Shown here: positions 1 to 10,023 of the stretch, piece by piece | Layout of the letters: each line of letters opens with the position of its first letter | Position numbering within the stretch: the stretch's first letter is position 1 | From: Candidatus Eiseniibacteriota bacterium | Lineage (GTDB): Bacteria; Eisenbacteria; RBG-16-71-46; CAIMUX01; VGJL01 | Direction: 5' to 3' | NCBI GenBank assembly: GCA_041946735.1 | Contig: JBHGAY010000005.1 | Location: forward strand, 32,001-96,000 | DNA: 64,000 bases | Notes under the pieces: model-generated | Database searches by the model: none | Told to the model about the DNA's origin: nothing | What the model saw: only the letters and a program-made list of their open reading frames with translations | Translations under genes and position numbers: made by a program

Positions 1-607
1 CGCTCGGCTCGTCGGTCTCGAATGTGTAGCCCGGATCGTCCGGGCGCAACCGCTTCCACGCGTCGACCCAGCCGGCGTCGGCCATCCGCCGCATCGGTTC
101 GCTGTTCGGCTGCCCGTTCATGTCGCCCGCGAAGATCGTCCTCTCCGGCACGCCGGCGAGAGCCGCCAGCGCTTCCTGGACGTTGTCGTTCGCTTGCGCC
201 GGCACCCAGGAGAAGTGGGCGTTCCAGACATGGAGCGGGCCGGTCGGGAGATCGACGACGGCGTGGAGGAGGACGCGACGCTGGACGTCGTCCAGTCCCG
301 GCTGCAGGGTCAGCTCGATCTTCTGCGCGAGCGTGGCCGGGAGCTTCGACAGGAATCCTGAGCCCTGGAGGACACCGTTGGGCAGCCGCATCGCCGGCTC
401 GAAGACCGCCTGCGCGATGCCGGGAAGGAGGGTGGCGAGCTGCGTCGCCTGGTCGGGAGTGTCGCCCGCCGGGTTCTTCTGCACCGCCTGCAAAGCGACG
501 ACGTCGGCTTCGACCTGCTCGATCGCCCGGCGGATCAGCTCCCTCCGGACGGACCAGGCTCCATATTTCGCCCCGTGATGGTTGATGTTCAGGGTCATCA
601 AGCGCAA
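1..607 (-). CDS. Endonuclease/exonuclease/phosphatase (EEP) family protein, 3' end beyond window
   Basis: Manual minus-strand translation: TTG start after AAGGAGG, MRLMTLNINHH...VVALQAV...VWNAHFS...IFAGDMN...GWVDAW...PGYTF (EEP motifs). Absent from the ORF track because it runs off the edge. Confidence 0.85.
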   Translation of the reverse strand, partial: MRLMTLNINHHGAKYGAWSVRRELIRRAIEQVEADVVALQAVQKNPAGDTPDQATQLATLLPGIAQAVFEPAMRLPNGVLQGSGFLSKLPATLAQKIELTLQPGLDDVQRRVLLHAVVDLPTGPLHVWNAHFSWVPAQANDNVQEALAALAGVPERTIFAGDMNGQPNSEPMRRMADAGWVDAWKRLRPDDPGYTFETDEPS

Positions 608-1186
608 GAACCGCCTCCTTCGCTCGCGCGGAGCGCAGCCCCCCGAAGATCGTGTCTCTGTCTTCGAGATTACCAGCGGCTCTGCGCTCGCGGCGATGCC
701 GACGCTCGTTCACGACGAGAGAGGAGAGGGAAGAAACGGGAAGAGGAAGAGGGAGCGGGAGAGTGAGAGCGGGTAGGAGAATCGAAAAGGAGAAGACATT
801 GGACGCGGAGCTCGGCGACGCGGTGAAGAATCCGCAACCTGGCTGGACTGAGCCGTCGCGTGTCCATCCGCGCGCGGCGCAACGCGGTCGCCTCTCGTCT
901 CCCTCCTCCCCGGGTCCGATTGCTGCGCACGTTCGCCGGATCGAGTGGCCTTGCGCGGAGGCGCGGCGTCTTCGCGAAGGAACGCAACCGAGCCCTGAGC
1001 GTCCGATCGGAACGCGGCGCGCCTCGCCGCGAGCGGGTGGCACTGCGCATGCTCGCCTGCGATCCGAGAAGGACGGCGGTCCTCCCCTGTTCTGCTTCCC
1101 AGCGCCTGCTCGCCGCCGGCTCTGGACGCGGCCGGGCAGGCGCGGGAAGCGTGCAGGAGGCCGCCGCGCGCGGGCGGCCTCCTCGA

Positions 1187-3040
1187 TCAGCGCTCGAGGA
1201 CGAGGAGCCTCGTGAAGGCGCTTCTGCCCTCTTCCGACGTGAATCGGAGGAGATAGATCCCGTTTGCCAGACGCCGCGACGGAAGGATCGCCTCCCCCGC
1301 TCCCGAATCGCGGCCGCTGTCCGCGATACGCGCCGATCCGACAAGCCGGCCGGCGGGATCGAGGATGTCCACCTTTCCGCCGTTTCCCGGAAGCCCGCTC
1401 AGCCGCAGAGGTCCGCCGAGGTACGGGTTCGGCGAGACGCGGATCGAGAACGCGGCGGGAGAGGAGAGGTCCGCCTCGCCGACCGCCGCCGGATCGAGCA
1501 CGCCGCAGAAGCAACCGTGGTTCTCGATATCGCGGCGGATCTTCGGCCAGTCCATCCTCGCCTCGGGATCGACCGAGCTGCCGTCGACCTCGAACACGTA
1601 GACCCGGCCGTGGCCGTTCATGTCGGATCCGGCGGTCGTCACGTCCCAATCGCCATCGCTGTCGAAGTCGGCGATGTGGGTGCTGCAATGCGAGTTCAGG
1701 TCGCTCGGATTGTACAGGTTCTTCGGGAACCCGGTCAGGACCGTGCCGTCGAGGTTCATCGCGGTGAGCCACTGCTGCGACGACGCCCAGTAGGTGAAGA
1801 AGATCTCCTGGGTCCCGTCGTCGTCGACGTCCCCGACCGAGACCGAAGAGATCGGCTGGGCCGCCGCGGTCGTCCGCGGGTAGCCGGGAAGCTCGTTGCC
1901 GTCGGGATGCAGGATGTGGAGCTTGCCGTCCCCGGTGAGCGTGATGATCTCGAGCGTCCCGTCGCCCTCGAGGTCGGCGACCGCGGGCCCCGAGCGAGAG
2001 GACTGCCCTTCGACGGCGATGTTCCGCGGCCATCCCGTCATCACCGTCCCGTCGTGGTGCCAGACCCACAACTGATGCCCCTGCGACCCCGGATCCCCCT
2101 CCTGGGCGATGATCTCGAGGTCTCCATCGCCGTCGAGATCCGCGAGCGCCGGCGAGGAATAGACCGGCCGGATCACCTTCGGCCAGCCGGGCATCGAGGT
2201 GCCGTTGGCCCGGATCAGGTGCACGCCCCAGTTCGGGTAGCAGACGTTGCCGACGGCGACCTCGAGATCGCCGTCCTCGTCCACGTCCCCGATCGCCGGC
2301 GCAGACCATTGCGGGTTGTTGATCGGGACGGGCCAGGTGTAGGGCCACCCGGCGACCGCCGAGCCGTCCGGGTTGTAGAAGAAGACCCCGTTTTCCCCGG
2401 CGACGGCGACCTCGATCTCCGGATCCCCGTCGATGTTCGCGAGGACCGGGCAGGTGAGATTGGCGAGCTGCGTGTAGGGGATGTCCACCGGCCAGCCGGG
2501 CAGGGTATTGCCGAAGAAGTCGAAGAGCCAGAGCTTCGGCACCGGAAGGTTCGAGGTGATCGCGATCTCGGCCTCTCCGTCTCCGTCCAGGTCGCCGACC
2601 GCCGCGTGCTGCTGCGTCCCGTTGATCTGGACCGGCCATCCGGGAAGGAGAGCGCCCGAGGCGTCCCATACGTAGATGTAGCGGTCATCGGCGGCGACAA
2701 TCTCGGAGCTGCCGTCCCCGTCGAAGTCGTAGAAGACGGGAGTGGCGACGATCTCGCGCGTCGCCTGCGGCCAGCTACGCGGGCCGTCGAGAGCGTCGCG
2801 TAGGCCGTCGACGGCCTCGCGCGGGCCTTGACAAGCGACGCGGGCACGATCGAGATCGCCGGCGGCGCCGGGTTCTCCCGTGGCAGGCTGCCACCCAGCG
2901 GGATCAATCGCCAGACGGAGTCCGCCGGACGACGCGCTCTCGCCATCGAGCCGCCATGGTTCCGCATGGGAGGCGCTCGCGACGGGAGCCTGCAAGGCGA
3001 CGAGGGTCAGGACCGAGAGAAGAGCGAAAGCGAAGCGCAT
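1187..3040 (-). CDS. Secreted FG-GAP/VCBS repeat beta-propeller protein with C-terminal FlgD-Ig/T9SS-like domain
   Basis: Signal peptide; repeated DxDGDGxxEI and 'LPGWP' motifs; C-terminal 'SPNP...ILDPAGRLV...LANGIYLLR'. Confidence 0.85.
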   Translation of the reverse strand: MRFAFALLSVLTLVALQAPVASASHAEPWRLDGESASSGGLRLAIDPAGWQPATGEPGAAGDLDRARVACQGPREAVDGLRDALDGPRSWPQATREIVATPVFYDFDGDGSSEIVAADDRYIYVWDASGALLPGWPVQINGTQQHAAVGDLDGDGEAEIAITSNLPVPKLWLFDFFGNTLPGWPVDIPYTQLANLTCPVLANIDGDPEIEVAVAGENGVFFYNPDGSAVAGWPYTWPVPINNPQWSAPAIGDVDEDGDLEVAVGNVCYPNWGVHLIRANGTSMPGWPKVIRPVYSSPALADLDGDGDLEIIAQEGDPGSQGHQLWVWHHDGTVMTGWPRNIAVEGQSSRSGPAVADLEGDGTLEIITLTGDGKLHILHPDGNELPGYPRTTAAAQPISSVSVGDVDDDGTQEIFFTYWASSQQWLTAMNLDGTVLTGFPKNLYNPSDLNSHCSTHIADFDSDGDWDVTTAGSDMNGHGRVYVFEVDGSSVDPEARMDWPKIRRDIENHGCFCGVLDPAAVGEADLSSPAAFSIRVSPNPYLGGPLRLSGLPGNGGKVDILDPAGRLVGSARIADSGRDSGAGEAILPSRRLANGIYLLRFTSEEGRSAFTRLLVLER

Positions 3041-3200
3041 GGGGAACCTCCTGCGGATGTCGAGACGCGCTGTGCTGGGCTCATCATGAGTAGGTCGAAG
3101 AAATCCGGTGTTGAATCATAAGGGATTCGGGTGGCAGTATCAAGCCGCTGCCCTTTGAGGCGCACCTTGGTTCTCGGGGAAGCGAGGGGAGGGAGGGAAG

Positions 3201-3584
3201 ATGCGCTACCGATGGCATCTCGGCTACGTCGCGTGGATCCTGAACCGCGTGAGCGGGCTCGCGATCACCTTCTATCTTGTCATCCATATCTGGGTCATCC
3301 ACCACCTCTCGAAAGGTCCGGAAGGGTTCGAGAAGGTCATGGGGATGGTCCAGACGCCTTTGTTCAAGCTCGGAGAGATCGCGCTGCTCGGGGCGATCCT
3401 CTACCACGCTATGAACGGGATCCGCGTGCTCCTCGTGGAATGGGGACAGGGGTATCTCGTGCAGCGCCGGCTGTTCTGGTACGTCATGGCGGCGGGAGTC
3501 GTGCTGTTCGTCTTCGGCGCCTATCCGATCCTCATCTCCGCGATGTCGGGCGGCGTGCGCCAGATCGGGGAGGTGGTGCGATGA
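3201..3584 (+). CDS. sdhC: Succinate dehydrogenase cytochrome b subunit
   Basis: Three TM helices, 'NRVSG', 'HAMNGIR' heme-ligand motif; first gene of sdh operon. Confidence 0.9.
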   Translation: MRYRWHLGYVAWILNRVSGLAITFYLVIHIWVIHHLSKGPEGFEKVMGMVQTPLFKLGEIALLGAILYHAMNGIRVLLVEWGQGYLVQRRLFWYVMAAGVVLFVFGAYPILISAMSGGVRQIGEVVR

Positions 3585-3979
3585 GCGCGATTCGAGGCCT
3601 GAGGTCCGGCGGCTTCGCCGGCTGGTTCCTGCAGCGCATCACCGGCGTCCTGCTCGTGCCGTTCGTCCTGCTGCACGTCTGGGTCACGCACTTCAGCTTC
3701 GCCAACGGCTATCACCAGCAAGAGGTCACCTACCAGATGGTCGCGCAGCGCCTCGCGAGCCCCTGGTGGAAGCTGATCGACCTGGCGCTGCTCGCGATCG
3801 TTCTCTACCACGGCCTTCGCGGCACGTGGGTGATCGTGCAAGAGGGGATCCAGCGGCCCTGGCTCCGCGTCTCGCTCTACTGCGCGATCCTCGTTCTCGG
3901 CGCCGCCCTCGCGGTGCTCGGGACCGTGACGATCCTGCCGTTTCGGGCCCCGTCCGGCCTGACGACGCAGGCGTTCTAG
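3581..3979 (+). CDS. sdhD: Succinate dehydrogenase hydrophobic anchor subunit
   Basis: ATG overlaps sdhC stop (ATGA); 'WFLQRITG', 'YHGLRG' motifs. Confidence 0.88.
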   Translation: MSAIRGLRSGGFAGWFLQRITGVLLVPFVLLHVWVTHFSFANGYHQQEVTYQMVAQRLASPWWKLIDLALLAIVLYHGLRGTWVIVQEGIQRPWLRVSLYCAILVLGAALAVLGTVTILPFRAPSGLTTQAF

Positions 3980-3992
3980 GAGGGAGGGGAGG

Positions 3993-5744
3993 ATGGGAAG
4001 CGGATCGCAACGGCATCGACACGATGTCGTGATCGTTGGCGCCGGGATCGCCGGTCTGTACGCCGCACTGAAGACCAGCCGCGAGTTCGACACCGCCGTG
4101 GTGTCCAAAGTCTACCCGACCCGCTCGCACTCCGGGGCCGCCCAGGGAGGCTGCGCCGCCTCGCTCGGCAACATGCAGGACGACCGCTGGGAGTGGCATC
4201 TCTACGACACGGTTCGTGGCAGCGACTTCCTAGGTGACCAGGATGCGCAGGAGATCCTCGTGCGCGAAGCGGTCCCGGTGATGTACGAGATGGAGCATCT
4301 CGGCATGCCGTTCTCTCGCACTCCGGAGGGCAAGATCGCTCAGCGTCCCTTCGGAGGCCACTACTCCGACTTCGGCAAGGGCGCGATCGCCCGCAGCTGC
4401 TACGCGGCCGACCGCACGGGACATGCCCAGCTCCACACCCTCTACGAGCAGTGCGTGAAGCAGGGCGTCCGCTTCTACAACGAGTTCTACGTCACGCAGC
4501 TCGTGATGCGCGACGGGGCCTGCGTCGGACTCGTCGCGTGGGACTTCCAGCGCGGCGGCCTGCACGTCTTCGGCTCCCGCGCCGTGATGCTCGCGACCGG
4601 CGGCTACGCCCGCGCCTGGCGGATCACGACCAATGCCCACGCGAACACGGGCGACGGCCTTTCCTTGATCCTGCGAAGCGGGCTGCCGCTCGAAGACATG
4701 GAGTTCGTGCAGTTCCACCCGACCGGCATCTATCCGCACGGGATTCTCGTCAGCGAGGCGGCTCGCGGCGAAGGGGGGCTGCTGTTCAACGGGCTTGGCG
4801 AGCGGTTCATGGACAAGTACGCGAAGGCGAAGATGGAGTTGGCGCCGCGCGACGTCGTCTCGCGGGCCGAGCAGACGGAGATCGACGAAGGCCGGGGCGT
4901 CAACGGCCAGCCGTACATCAACCTCGATCTCCGGCACTTGGGCGAGCAGAAGATCCTCGAGGTGCTCCCCCAGATCCACGAGCTCGCGCTGAAGTTCTGC
5001 GGAATCGACTGCGTGAAGGATCCGATTCCGATCCAGCCGAGCGCGCACTACTCGATGGGAGGGATCCCGACGACCGTCGACACGCGCGTCGTCTCCGACG
5101 AGAAGGGGACGGCCGTTCCCGGTCTCTACGCGGCCGGGGAATGCGCCTGCGTGTCGGTCCACGGCGCGAACCGCCTGGGCACGAACTCGACGCTCGAGTG
5201 CTGCGTGTACGGCCGCCGGGCGGGGCTCACGATGCTCGCCGACCTGCGCGCGCAGCAGGGGGAGCCGCCCGAGCTGCCGGAGGATCCCGACGGTCCGGCA
5301 CGCGAGGAGATCGCGCGTTTGACCGATCGCGCTTCGACGGGCGAGTCGCCGGCGGAGCTGCGGGAATCTCTGCAGGCGGGCATGAGCCTGAGGTGCGGGA
5401 TCTTCCGCAACGCGAACGATCTCGAGGCCCAGCTGGCGGAGGTGCGCGCGCTCCGCGACCGCTACGCGAAGGTGCGCGTCTCCGATCCGAGCCATGCGTG
5501 CAACACCGAGCTGGTGGAAGCCCTGGAGCTCGGGCACATGGTGGACTATTCGGTCACCATCGTCGCCGGCGCTCTGGCGCGGAAGGAGTGCCGCGGCGCC
5601 CACTGGCGCAAGGACCATCCGGGCCGCAACGATCAAGAGTGGCTCAAGCACACCTTCAGCTGGCTCGATCCGAAGGGGAACGTCCGTCTCGCCTACCGGC
5701 CGGTCGTGATCCAGCGACACCAGCCCGAAGAGCGGAAGTACTAG
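3993..5744 (+). CDS. sdhA: Succinate dehydrogenase flavoprotein subunit
   Basis: GAGIAG FAD motif, '[10 protein letters not shown]' covalent FAD His, 'QFHPTG', 'HGANRLG', ends 'ERKY'. Confidence 0.96.
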   Translation: MGSGSQRHRHDVVIVGAGIAGLYAALKTSREFDTAVVSKVYPTRSHSGAAQGGCAASLGNMQDDRWEWHLYDTVRGSDFLGDQDAQEILVREAVPVMYEMEHLGMPFSRTPEGKIAQRPFGGHYSDFGKGAIARSCYAADRTGHAQLHTLYEQCVKQGVRFYNEFYVTQLVMRDGACVGLVAWDFQRGGLHVFGSRAVMLATGGYARAWRITTNAHANTGDGLSLILRSGLPLEDMEFVQFHPTGIYPHGILVSEAARGEGGLLFNGLGERFMDKYAKAKMELAPRDVVSRAEQTEIDEGRGVNGQPYINLDLRHLGEQKILEVLPQIHELALKFCGIDCVKDPIPIQPSAHYSMGGIPTTVDTRVVSDEKGTAVPGLYAAGECACVSVHGANRLGTNSTLECCVYGRRAGLTMLADLRAQQGEPPELPEDPDGPAREEIARLTDRASTGESPAELRESLQAGMSLRCGIFRNANDLEAQLAEVRALRDRYAKVRVSDPSHACNTELVEALELGHMVDYSVTIVAGALARKECRGAHWRKDHPGRNDQEWLKHTFSWLDPKGNVRLAYRPVVIQRHQPEERKY

Positions 5745-5758
5745 AGGGAGGTGCGGGG

Positions 5759-6463
5759 ATGAAGAGGACCTTCCGTATCTGGAGAACCGAGCCGGACGAC
5801 CCGAAGAAGGGCTCGTTCAAGGAGTACACGATCGAGGTGCCACCAGCCTGGACGGTGCTCGACGCCTTGAACGAGATCAAGTGGCGCGTCGACGCCTCTC
5901 TCGCGTTCCGCCGCTCGTGCCGCCACGGCATCTGCGGATCGTGCGCGATGACGATCGACGGGAAGAACACGCTGGCGTGCGAGCTTCAGGTCTCCTCGTG
6001 CAAAGGGAGCGTCATCACGGTCGAGCCGCTCCGCTCGTTCCCCGTGCTGCGCGACCTGATCGTCGACCAGAGCGACTTCTGGGCCCGCTACGACTCGATC
6101 AAGCCGTGGCTCATCACGACGAAGGAGTCGCCCACCGACAAGGAGCGGCTGCAGTCTCCGGAGGATCGCAAGAAGATCGACGGGACATGGGAGTGCATCC
6201 TGTGCGGCGCGTGCACCTCCTCCTGCCCGGTCTACTGGAGCGATCAGCGGTTCCTCGGGCCGGCGGCGATGATGAAAGCCTACCGGTACGTCTTCGACTC
6301 GCGCGACGAAGGGCTCGGCGAGCGTCTCGAGATGCTGGACAACCGCTTCGGTCTCTGGCGCTGCCACACCATCTTCAACTGCGTGGAAGCCTGTCCGAAG
6401 GGTCTGAACCCGACGGCCGCGATCGTGAAGCTACGCCGGAGGGTCACCGCCGAGCGGATCTGA
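5759..6463 (+). CDS. sdhB: Succinate dehydrogenase iron-sulfur subunit
   Basis: 'SCRHGICGSC', 'CILCGACTSSCP', 'CHTIFNCVEACP' clusters; RBS GGGAGG upstream of ATG 5759. Confidence 0.95.
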   Translation: MKRTFRIWRTEPDDPKKGSFKEYTIEVPPAWTVLDALNEIKWRVDASLAFRRSCRHGICGSCAMTIDGKNTLACELQVSSCKGSVITVEPLRSFPVLRDLIVDQSDFWARYDSIKPWLITTKESPTDKERLQSPEDRKKIDGTWECILCGACTSSCPVYWSDQRFLGPAAMMKAYRYVFDSRDEGLGERLEMLDNRFGLWRCHTIFNCVEACPKGLNPTAAIVKLRRRVTAERI

Positions 6464-6558
6464 GCCGCCGGGGATTTCGGAGCGCGCGACCCCGAAGCCG
6501 AAGGAGGAGCCGGGTGGAACGACCCACGCGGCTCCTCTCGCGTGCTACGCTCCCGGCG

Positions 6559-7428
6559 ATGCCGATGCAGCCGATTTCCGTCCCGCAGGCCGAGGCGCAA
6601 GGCGCCTCGCGCCGTGGCACCCGATCCCGCCGCCTCCTGAAGGAGATTCTGGTCGTCGTCGCGTGCCTCATCGCGGTCACCTCGGCGATCGAGCTGGCCG
6701 GCTGGGACCTCGCGCTGTCCCGGGCGTTCTACGATCCCGCCGCGAACCCGGCCTGGTGGGGACGCGAACGCCAGCCGCTCCAGTTCCTCTACGACTACGG
6801 CACGTGGCCGGCGCTTGCCGTCGGGATCGGCTCGCTCTTTCTCCTTCCCGCGACATGGTTCGTGCGGCGCTTGCGTCCCCACCGGAGGAGCTTCGCGCTC
6901 TTAGCCCTCGTCCTCGCTCTCGGTCCCGGACTGGTCGTCAACACCGCGCTCAAGGATCACTGGGGACGGCCGCGTCCGCGCGAGCTGCGCGAGTTCGGCG
7001 GCACTGCCGCATACCAGGGGGTCGAGGATCCTGGCACTCCCGGTAAGGGGAAGGCGTTCCCGAGCGGACATGCGTCCATGGGGTTCTACTTCGTGAGCTT
7101 CTACATTCTGTGGCGCGACGACGCCGCACGACGCGACCGCGCGGCGGGGCGGCGCGCGAGCGCGAGAGCGACGGCGGCTGCGACGGCGAGAGCGCAGGTC
7201 AAGGCGCGGGCGAGCGCGAGGGCGAGAGCGGCTTTGGCCTTCGGGATCCTGGCGGGCTGCGCCATCGGCCTACAGCGGATCGCCTCCGGCGGGCACTTCC
7301 TCACCGACGTGCTGTGGGCCGGCGGGATCGTCTATCTCGTGGCGCTGCTCGTGGACTTCGCGCTGCCCGCTACTCCGGAGCTCCGGCGTCGACCCAATCC
7401 CGGAACAGCGCTCGCTCGTCCTCGGTGA
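6559..7428 (+). CDS. PAP2-family membrane phosphatase
   Basis: 'KDHWGRPRP', 'FPSGH', 'RIASGGHFLTDV' PAP2 motifs; start approximate. Confidence 0.85.
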   Translation: MPMQPISVPQAEAQGASRRGTRSRRLLKEILVVVACLIAVTSAIELAGWDLALSRAFYDPAANPAWWGRERQPLQFLYDYGTWPALAVGIGSLFLLPATWFVRRLRPHRRSFALLALVLALGPGLVVNTALKDHWGRPRPRELREFGGTAAYQGVEDPGTPGKGKAFPSGHASMGFYFVSFYILWRDDAARRDRAAGRRASARATAAATARAQVKARASARARAALAFGILAGCAIGLQRIASGGHFLTDVLWAGGIVYLVALLVDFALPATPELRRRPNPGTALARPR

Positions 7429-7783
7429 GTCCTCCGCCGGGCGGCATCGCCCGCTGCTCCCAAACCTTCAGGCGGATCGCCGACCGGCGCGCATAGGCGC
7501 GGGCGTAGGTGTCGAGCGGCACCTGGGGATACATGATCCCGCCCGGTTGATGGCAGCTGCAGCTGCGCTCCATTACAGGGTGGACCTGCTCGGTGAAGGT
7601 CACGTCCCCGCCGTTGGGGTCCGGTTCCCCGTCGCCGGGCGGGGCGGTCAGCTTCTTCCCGCCATCCGCGCCGCACCCGGCAAGGCAGAGGACGAGTGCC
7701 GCGGCCGCGGTAGCGGCGATCGCCGCTGCCGAAGCCATCCGGCCGCGTGGACGCCGGCAACGCTCTCCTCCTGGCTGTCGCAT
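7370..7783 (-). CDS. Lipoprotein with small c-type cytochrome-like domain (CXCH motif)
   Basis: Lipobox 'LCLAGC'; 'VTFTEQVHPVMERSCSCHQPGG...MPP...DWVDAGAP' resembles small monoheme cytochrome c domains; start uncertain. Confidence 0.65.
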   Translation of the reverse strand: MRQPGGERCRRPRGRMASAAAIAATAAAALVLCLAGCGADGGKKLTAPPGDGEPDPNGGDVTFTEQVHPVMERSCSCHQPGGIMYPQVPLDTYARAYARRSAIRLKVWEQRAMPPGGGLTEDERALFRDWVDAGAPE

Positions 7784-7828
7784 GCGCTGTCCCTTCCCTC
7801 GCACGCCTCTCTCTCGCGCTCCGCGCCG

Positions 7829-9019
7829 TCAGAACGACAGATAGAGCATTGCGATGAGATCGAAGACGTCGTGGTTCTCTCCGTAGCGCCGTCGCCCCTC
7901 GTCGTCGAAGCCGTAGATGCGCGTTCCCCGCGCGTAGGCTTCGAGACGCAGGAGCGGCAAGAGGTCCGATTCGATGCCGGCCGAGACGCGGTCGCGTCCC
8001 GTCTCGGCGAGGTCGAGATCGGGATCGAAGCGGTCGTATTTCGCGGTGAGGCTGATCGACGGGCGGATCTCATACCATCCCTGCACGAAGCCCGCCTCTC
8101 CGTCCACCGACGAGCCGTGGTCCGGATCGTTGGTCAGACGGTCGTACTCCGCGAGCAGGACCACCGGGCCCCGGTGAAGCTGTCCGAAGGCGCCGTAGCG
8201 GTACGTCCTGCCCCTCTCGCCGGTGTTCAGGCGGCCCGTATCGAAGAAGCCGGAGGCGCCGAAGCCGATCCAGTCGCGGAACCAGGCAGCGCGCCCGGTC
8301 ACCGCCTTCTGGTCGTTGTCATCGAACCCGGGCAGGCCGAGTCGCCCGTTCGTCAGCGCGAGATCGACTTGCACGTTCCGCGGAGTGAAGGTGACGGCCG
8401 CGCCCGTGTCGTACGCATTCGGGCCGAACCCCAGGGAGTCGCGCGTGAAGGTGCTGTGGTCTTCGACCTCGAGACCGAACGCCGGCTTGAACCGTCCCAC
8501 CTTGAGGCTGGCGGACAGCGGCAGCGAGCGGATCAGGCCGTAGGTCTCCGCGACCGCGCCCTGGTCGTTCGAGTAGACGAGGGTGAGACGGTCGTTGAGG
8601 TCGGCCGCCACATGGACCGTCGCCTCCATCAGGAAGAAGGAGGACCGGTCGGACGGCAACTGGTCTTCGGATTGCAGGTAGACCGAGCGCACGTCGGCGC
8701 CGAACCGCAGGCCGTCCGCGATGCGAGGATCGAGGACAGGCTCGCGTTCCTCCGCGGGCGTAATCGTGTGGCCGTTCCATGCGTAGAGGAAGCCCGTTTG
8801 TGCGCGAACCCCGCCGCCCGCCGGGTCGACGTGACAGCGGCCGCACGCCATTCCGGTCCGCGTCGCGTAGAGCGGCCGCGCCGAGGCGCGAGAGGCTCCG
8901 AGGAGCGCGAGCGCGGAGACGATGATGGCGAGCGCGATCGGGATCGGGATCGCGAGCGGAATCGCGAGCGGAATCTCCCGGGGGCCTCGCGAAGACTTCA
9001 CGGCTTCTCTCGCTCTCAC
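7829..9019 (-). CDS. Cyc2-like monoheme cytochrome c-porin fusion (outer membrane)
   Basis: Signal peptide followed by 'ARPLYATRTGMACGRCH'; remainder has alternating beta-strand character and ends in Phe (LYLSF); GTG start overlaps upstream stop. Confidence 0.7.
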   Translation of the reverse strand: MRAREAVKSSRGPREIPLAIPLAIPIPIALAIIVSALALLGASRASARPLYATRTGMACGRCHVDPAGGGVRAQTGFLYAWNGHTITPAEEREPVLDPRIADGLRFGADVRSVYLQSEDQLPSDRSSFFLMEATVHVAADLNDRLTLVYSNDQGAVAETYGLIRSLPLSASLKVGRFKPAFGLEVEDHSTFTRDSLGFGPNAYDTGAAVTFTPRNVQVDLALTNGRLGLPGFDDNDQKAVTGRAAWFRDWIGFGASGFFDTGRLNTGERGRTYRYGAFGQLHRGPVVLLAEYDRLTNDPDHGSSVDGEAGFVQGWYEIRPSISLTAKYDRFDPDLDLAETGRDRVSAGIESDLLPLLRLEAYARGTRIYGFDDEGRRRYGENHDVFDLIAMLYLSF

Positions 9020-9423
9020 TTGCGGAAGACGGCGTGGCAGCCGGCGCAGGAGCTGACCGTCTCGCCGAGGAGCCGCCCGGCGCTCTCGCCGTTCTTCGCC
9101 GAGGCCGCGACGGCGAGCCGGCCGGCGCGGGCGCCGAGCGAATCGGCGTGGGCCTGGAAGTCCGCGATCTGATCGGTGCGCGTCGGCGGCGTCAGCGTGC
9201 GGACCATCTTCGCTTGCGCCGCGATCGACCTCGCGCTCGCCTCGGCCTTCGCCCAGTCGCTCGCGACGATCGATCCCATCGTGACGCGCAGGTCGCGGTT
9301 CAAGCCCTCCATCGCCTTCTCGAACGCGCTCTTGTTGTACGCCCCCTGGCCGGAAACGGCGCCGGCGGCGAGCACGACGGCGACCGCCACGGCGGCCGCG
9401 AGTAGGAAACGGAACTTCTTCAT
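9016..9423 (-). CDS. Cytochrome c' / class II cytochrome c
   Basis: Signal peptide, helical composition, C-terminal 'SCAGCHAVFRK' CxxCH. Confidence 0.85.
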   Translation of the reverse strand: MKKFRFLLAAAVAVAVVLAAGAVSGQGAYNKSAFEKAMEGLNRDLRVTMGSIVASDWAKAEASARSIAAQAKMVRTLTPPTRTDQIADFQAHADSLGARAGRLAVAASAKNGESAGRLLGETVSSCAGCHAVFRK

Positions 9424-9881
9424 CGCAGCACGACCTCTCCTTCCTCGTCCTTGAACCTATAGACGGCGATCAGGACCAGGAGGCACGAGAAGAGAATCCC
9501 GCTCACGAAACCTCCGCCCGCCGCAAAGGTGAGGAAGCGGAAGGTGGGGGAGACGTAGATGACGGCCCACCACGAGAGGACGTCGAGGATGCCCACGATC
9601 ACGGTCACGCCAAGGATCGTCCCGAACGCCTTGCCTCGTGCCGCGCCGAGGCGGCGGCCGAGGGTGTAGAGGACGAACCCCATCGTCGAGTAGCCGAAGA
9701 GGTGCACGTGCGTGATCACGAGCAGCCTGCCGATGTTGATGAAGGAGAAGTACTCCCCCACGCTCGGGTTGGCGATGCGCGTCTGGTAGAAGACCAGCGA
9801 GGTGCCTGCGACGGCGGCGAGACCGATCCCGAACAGGATCGGTATCGCCAGGAATCTCTCTCTCTGCGCGTTCCCTTGCAT
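9420..9881 (-). CDS. Integral membrane protein (about 4 TM) with 'THVHLFG' His motif
   Basis: Hydrophobic segments; stop overlaps the cytochrome c' ATG; start approximate. Confidence 0.7.
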   Translation of the reverse strand: MQGNAQRERFLAIPILFGIGLAAVAGTSLVFYQTRIANPSVGEYFSFINIGRLLVITHVHLFGYSTMGFVLYTLGRRLGAARGKAFGTILGVTVIVGILDVLSWWAVIYVSPTFRFLTFAAGGGFVSGILFSCLLVLIAVYRFKDEEGEVVLR

Positions 9882-10023
9882 GCTTCCCCGCTCTCTCCTC
9901 GTGCTCCGCATGTCAGTCCTGAAAATCGCCACGATCCCCTCTTCGCCGGCCTGACGTCAACAGGATCGGTCGCCGCGGGTGTGGCTCTGATACGATCCAT
10001 CGTGCCTTTCCGGGGAGGGCGCA

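Noticed and set aside
608..1186. ORFs 652..1215 (+) and 670..1344 (-) and a purine-rich tract
   Set aside because: Low-complexity Arg/Pro-rich translations with no recognisable domain; treated as intergenic.
860..2803. 647-aa plus-strand ORF
   Set aside because: Antisense shadow of the FG-GAP gene; Arg-rich, no motifs; typical high-GC artefact.
4451..5758. Apparent long N-terminal extension of SdhB (similarly for SdhD, PAP2, M1 peptidase and ArnT ORFs)
   Set aside because: Off-frame overlap with upstream genes; real starts have an RBS or stop/start overlap further downstream.
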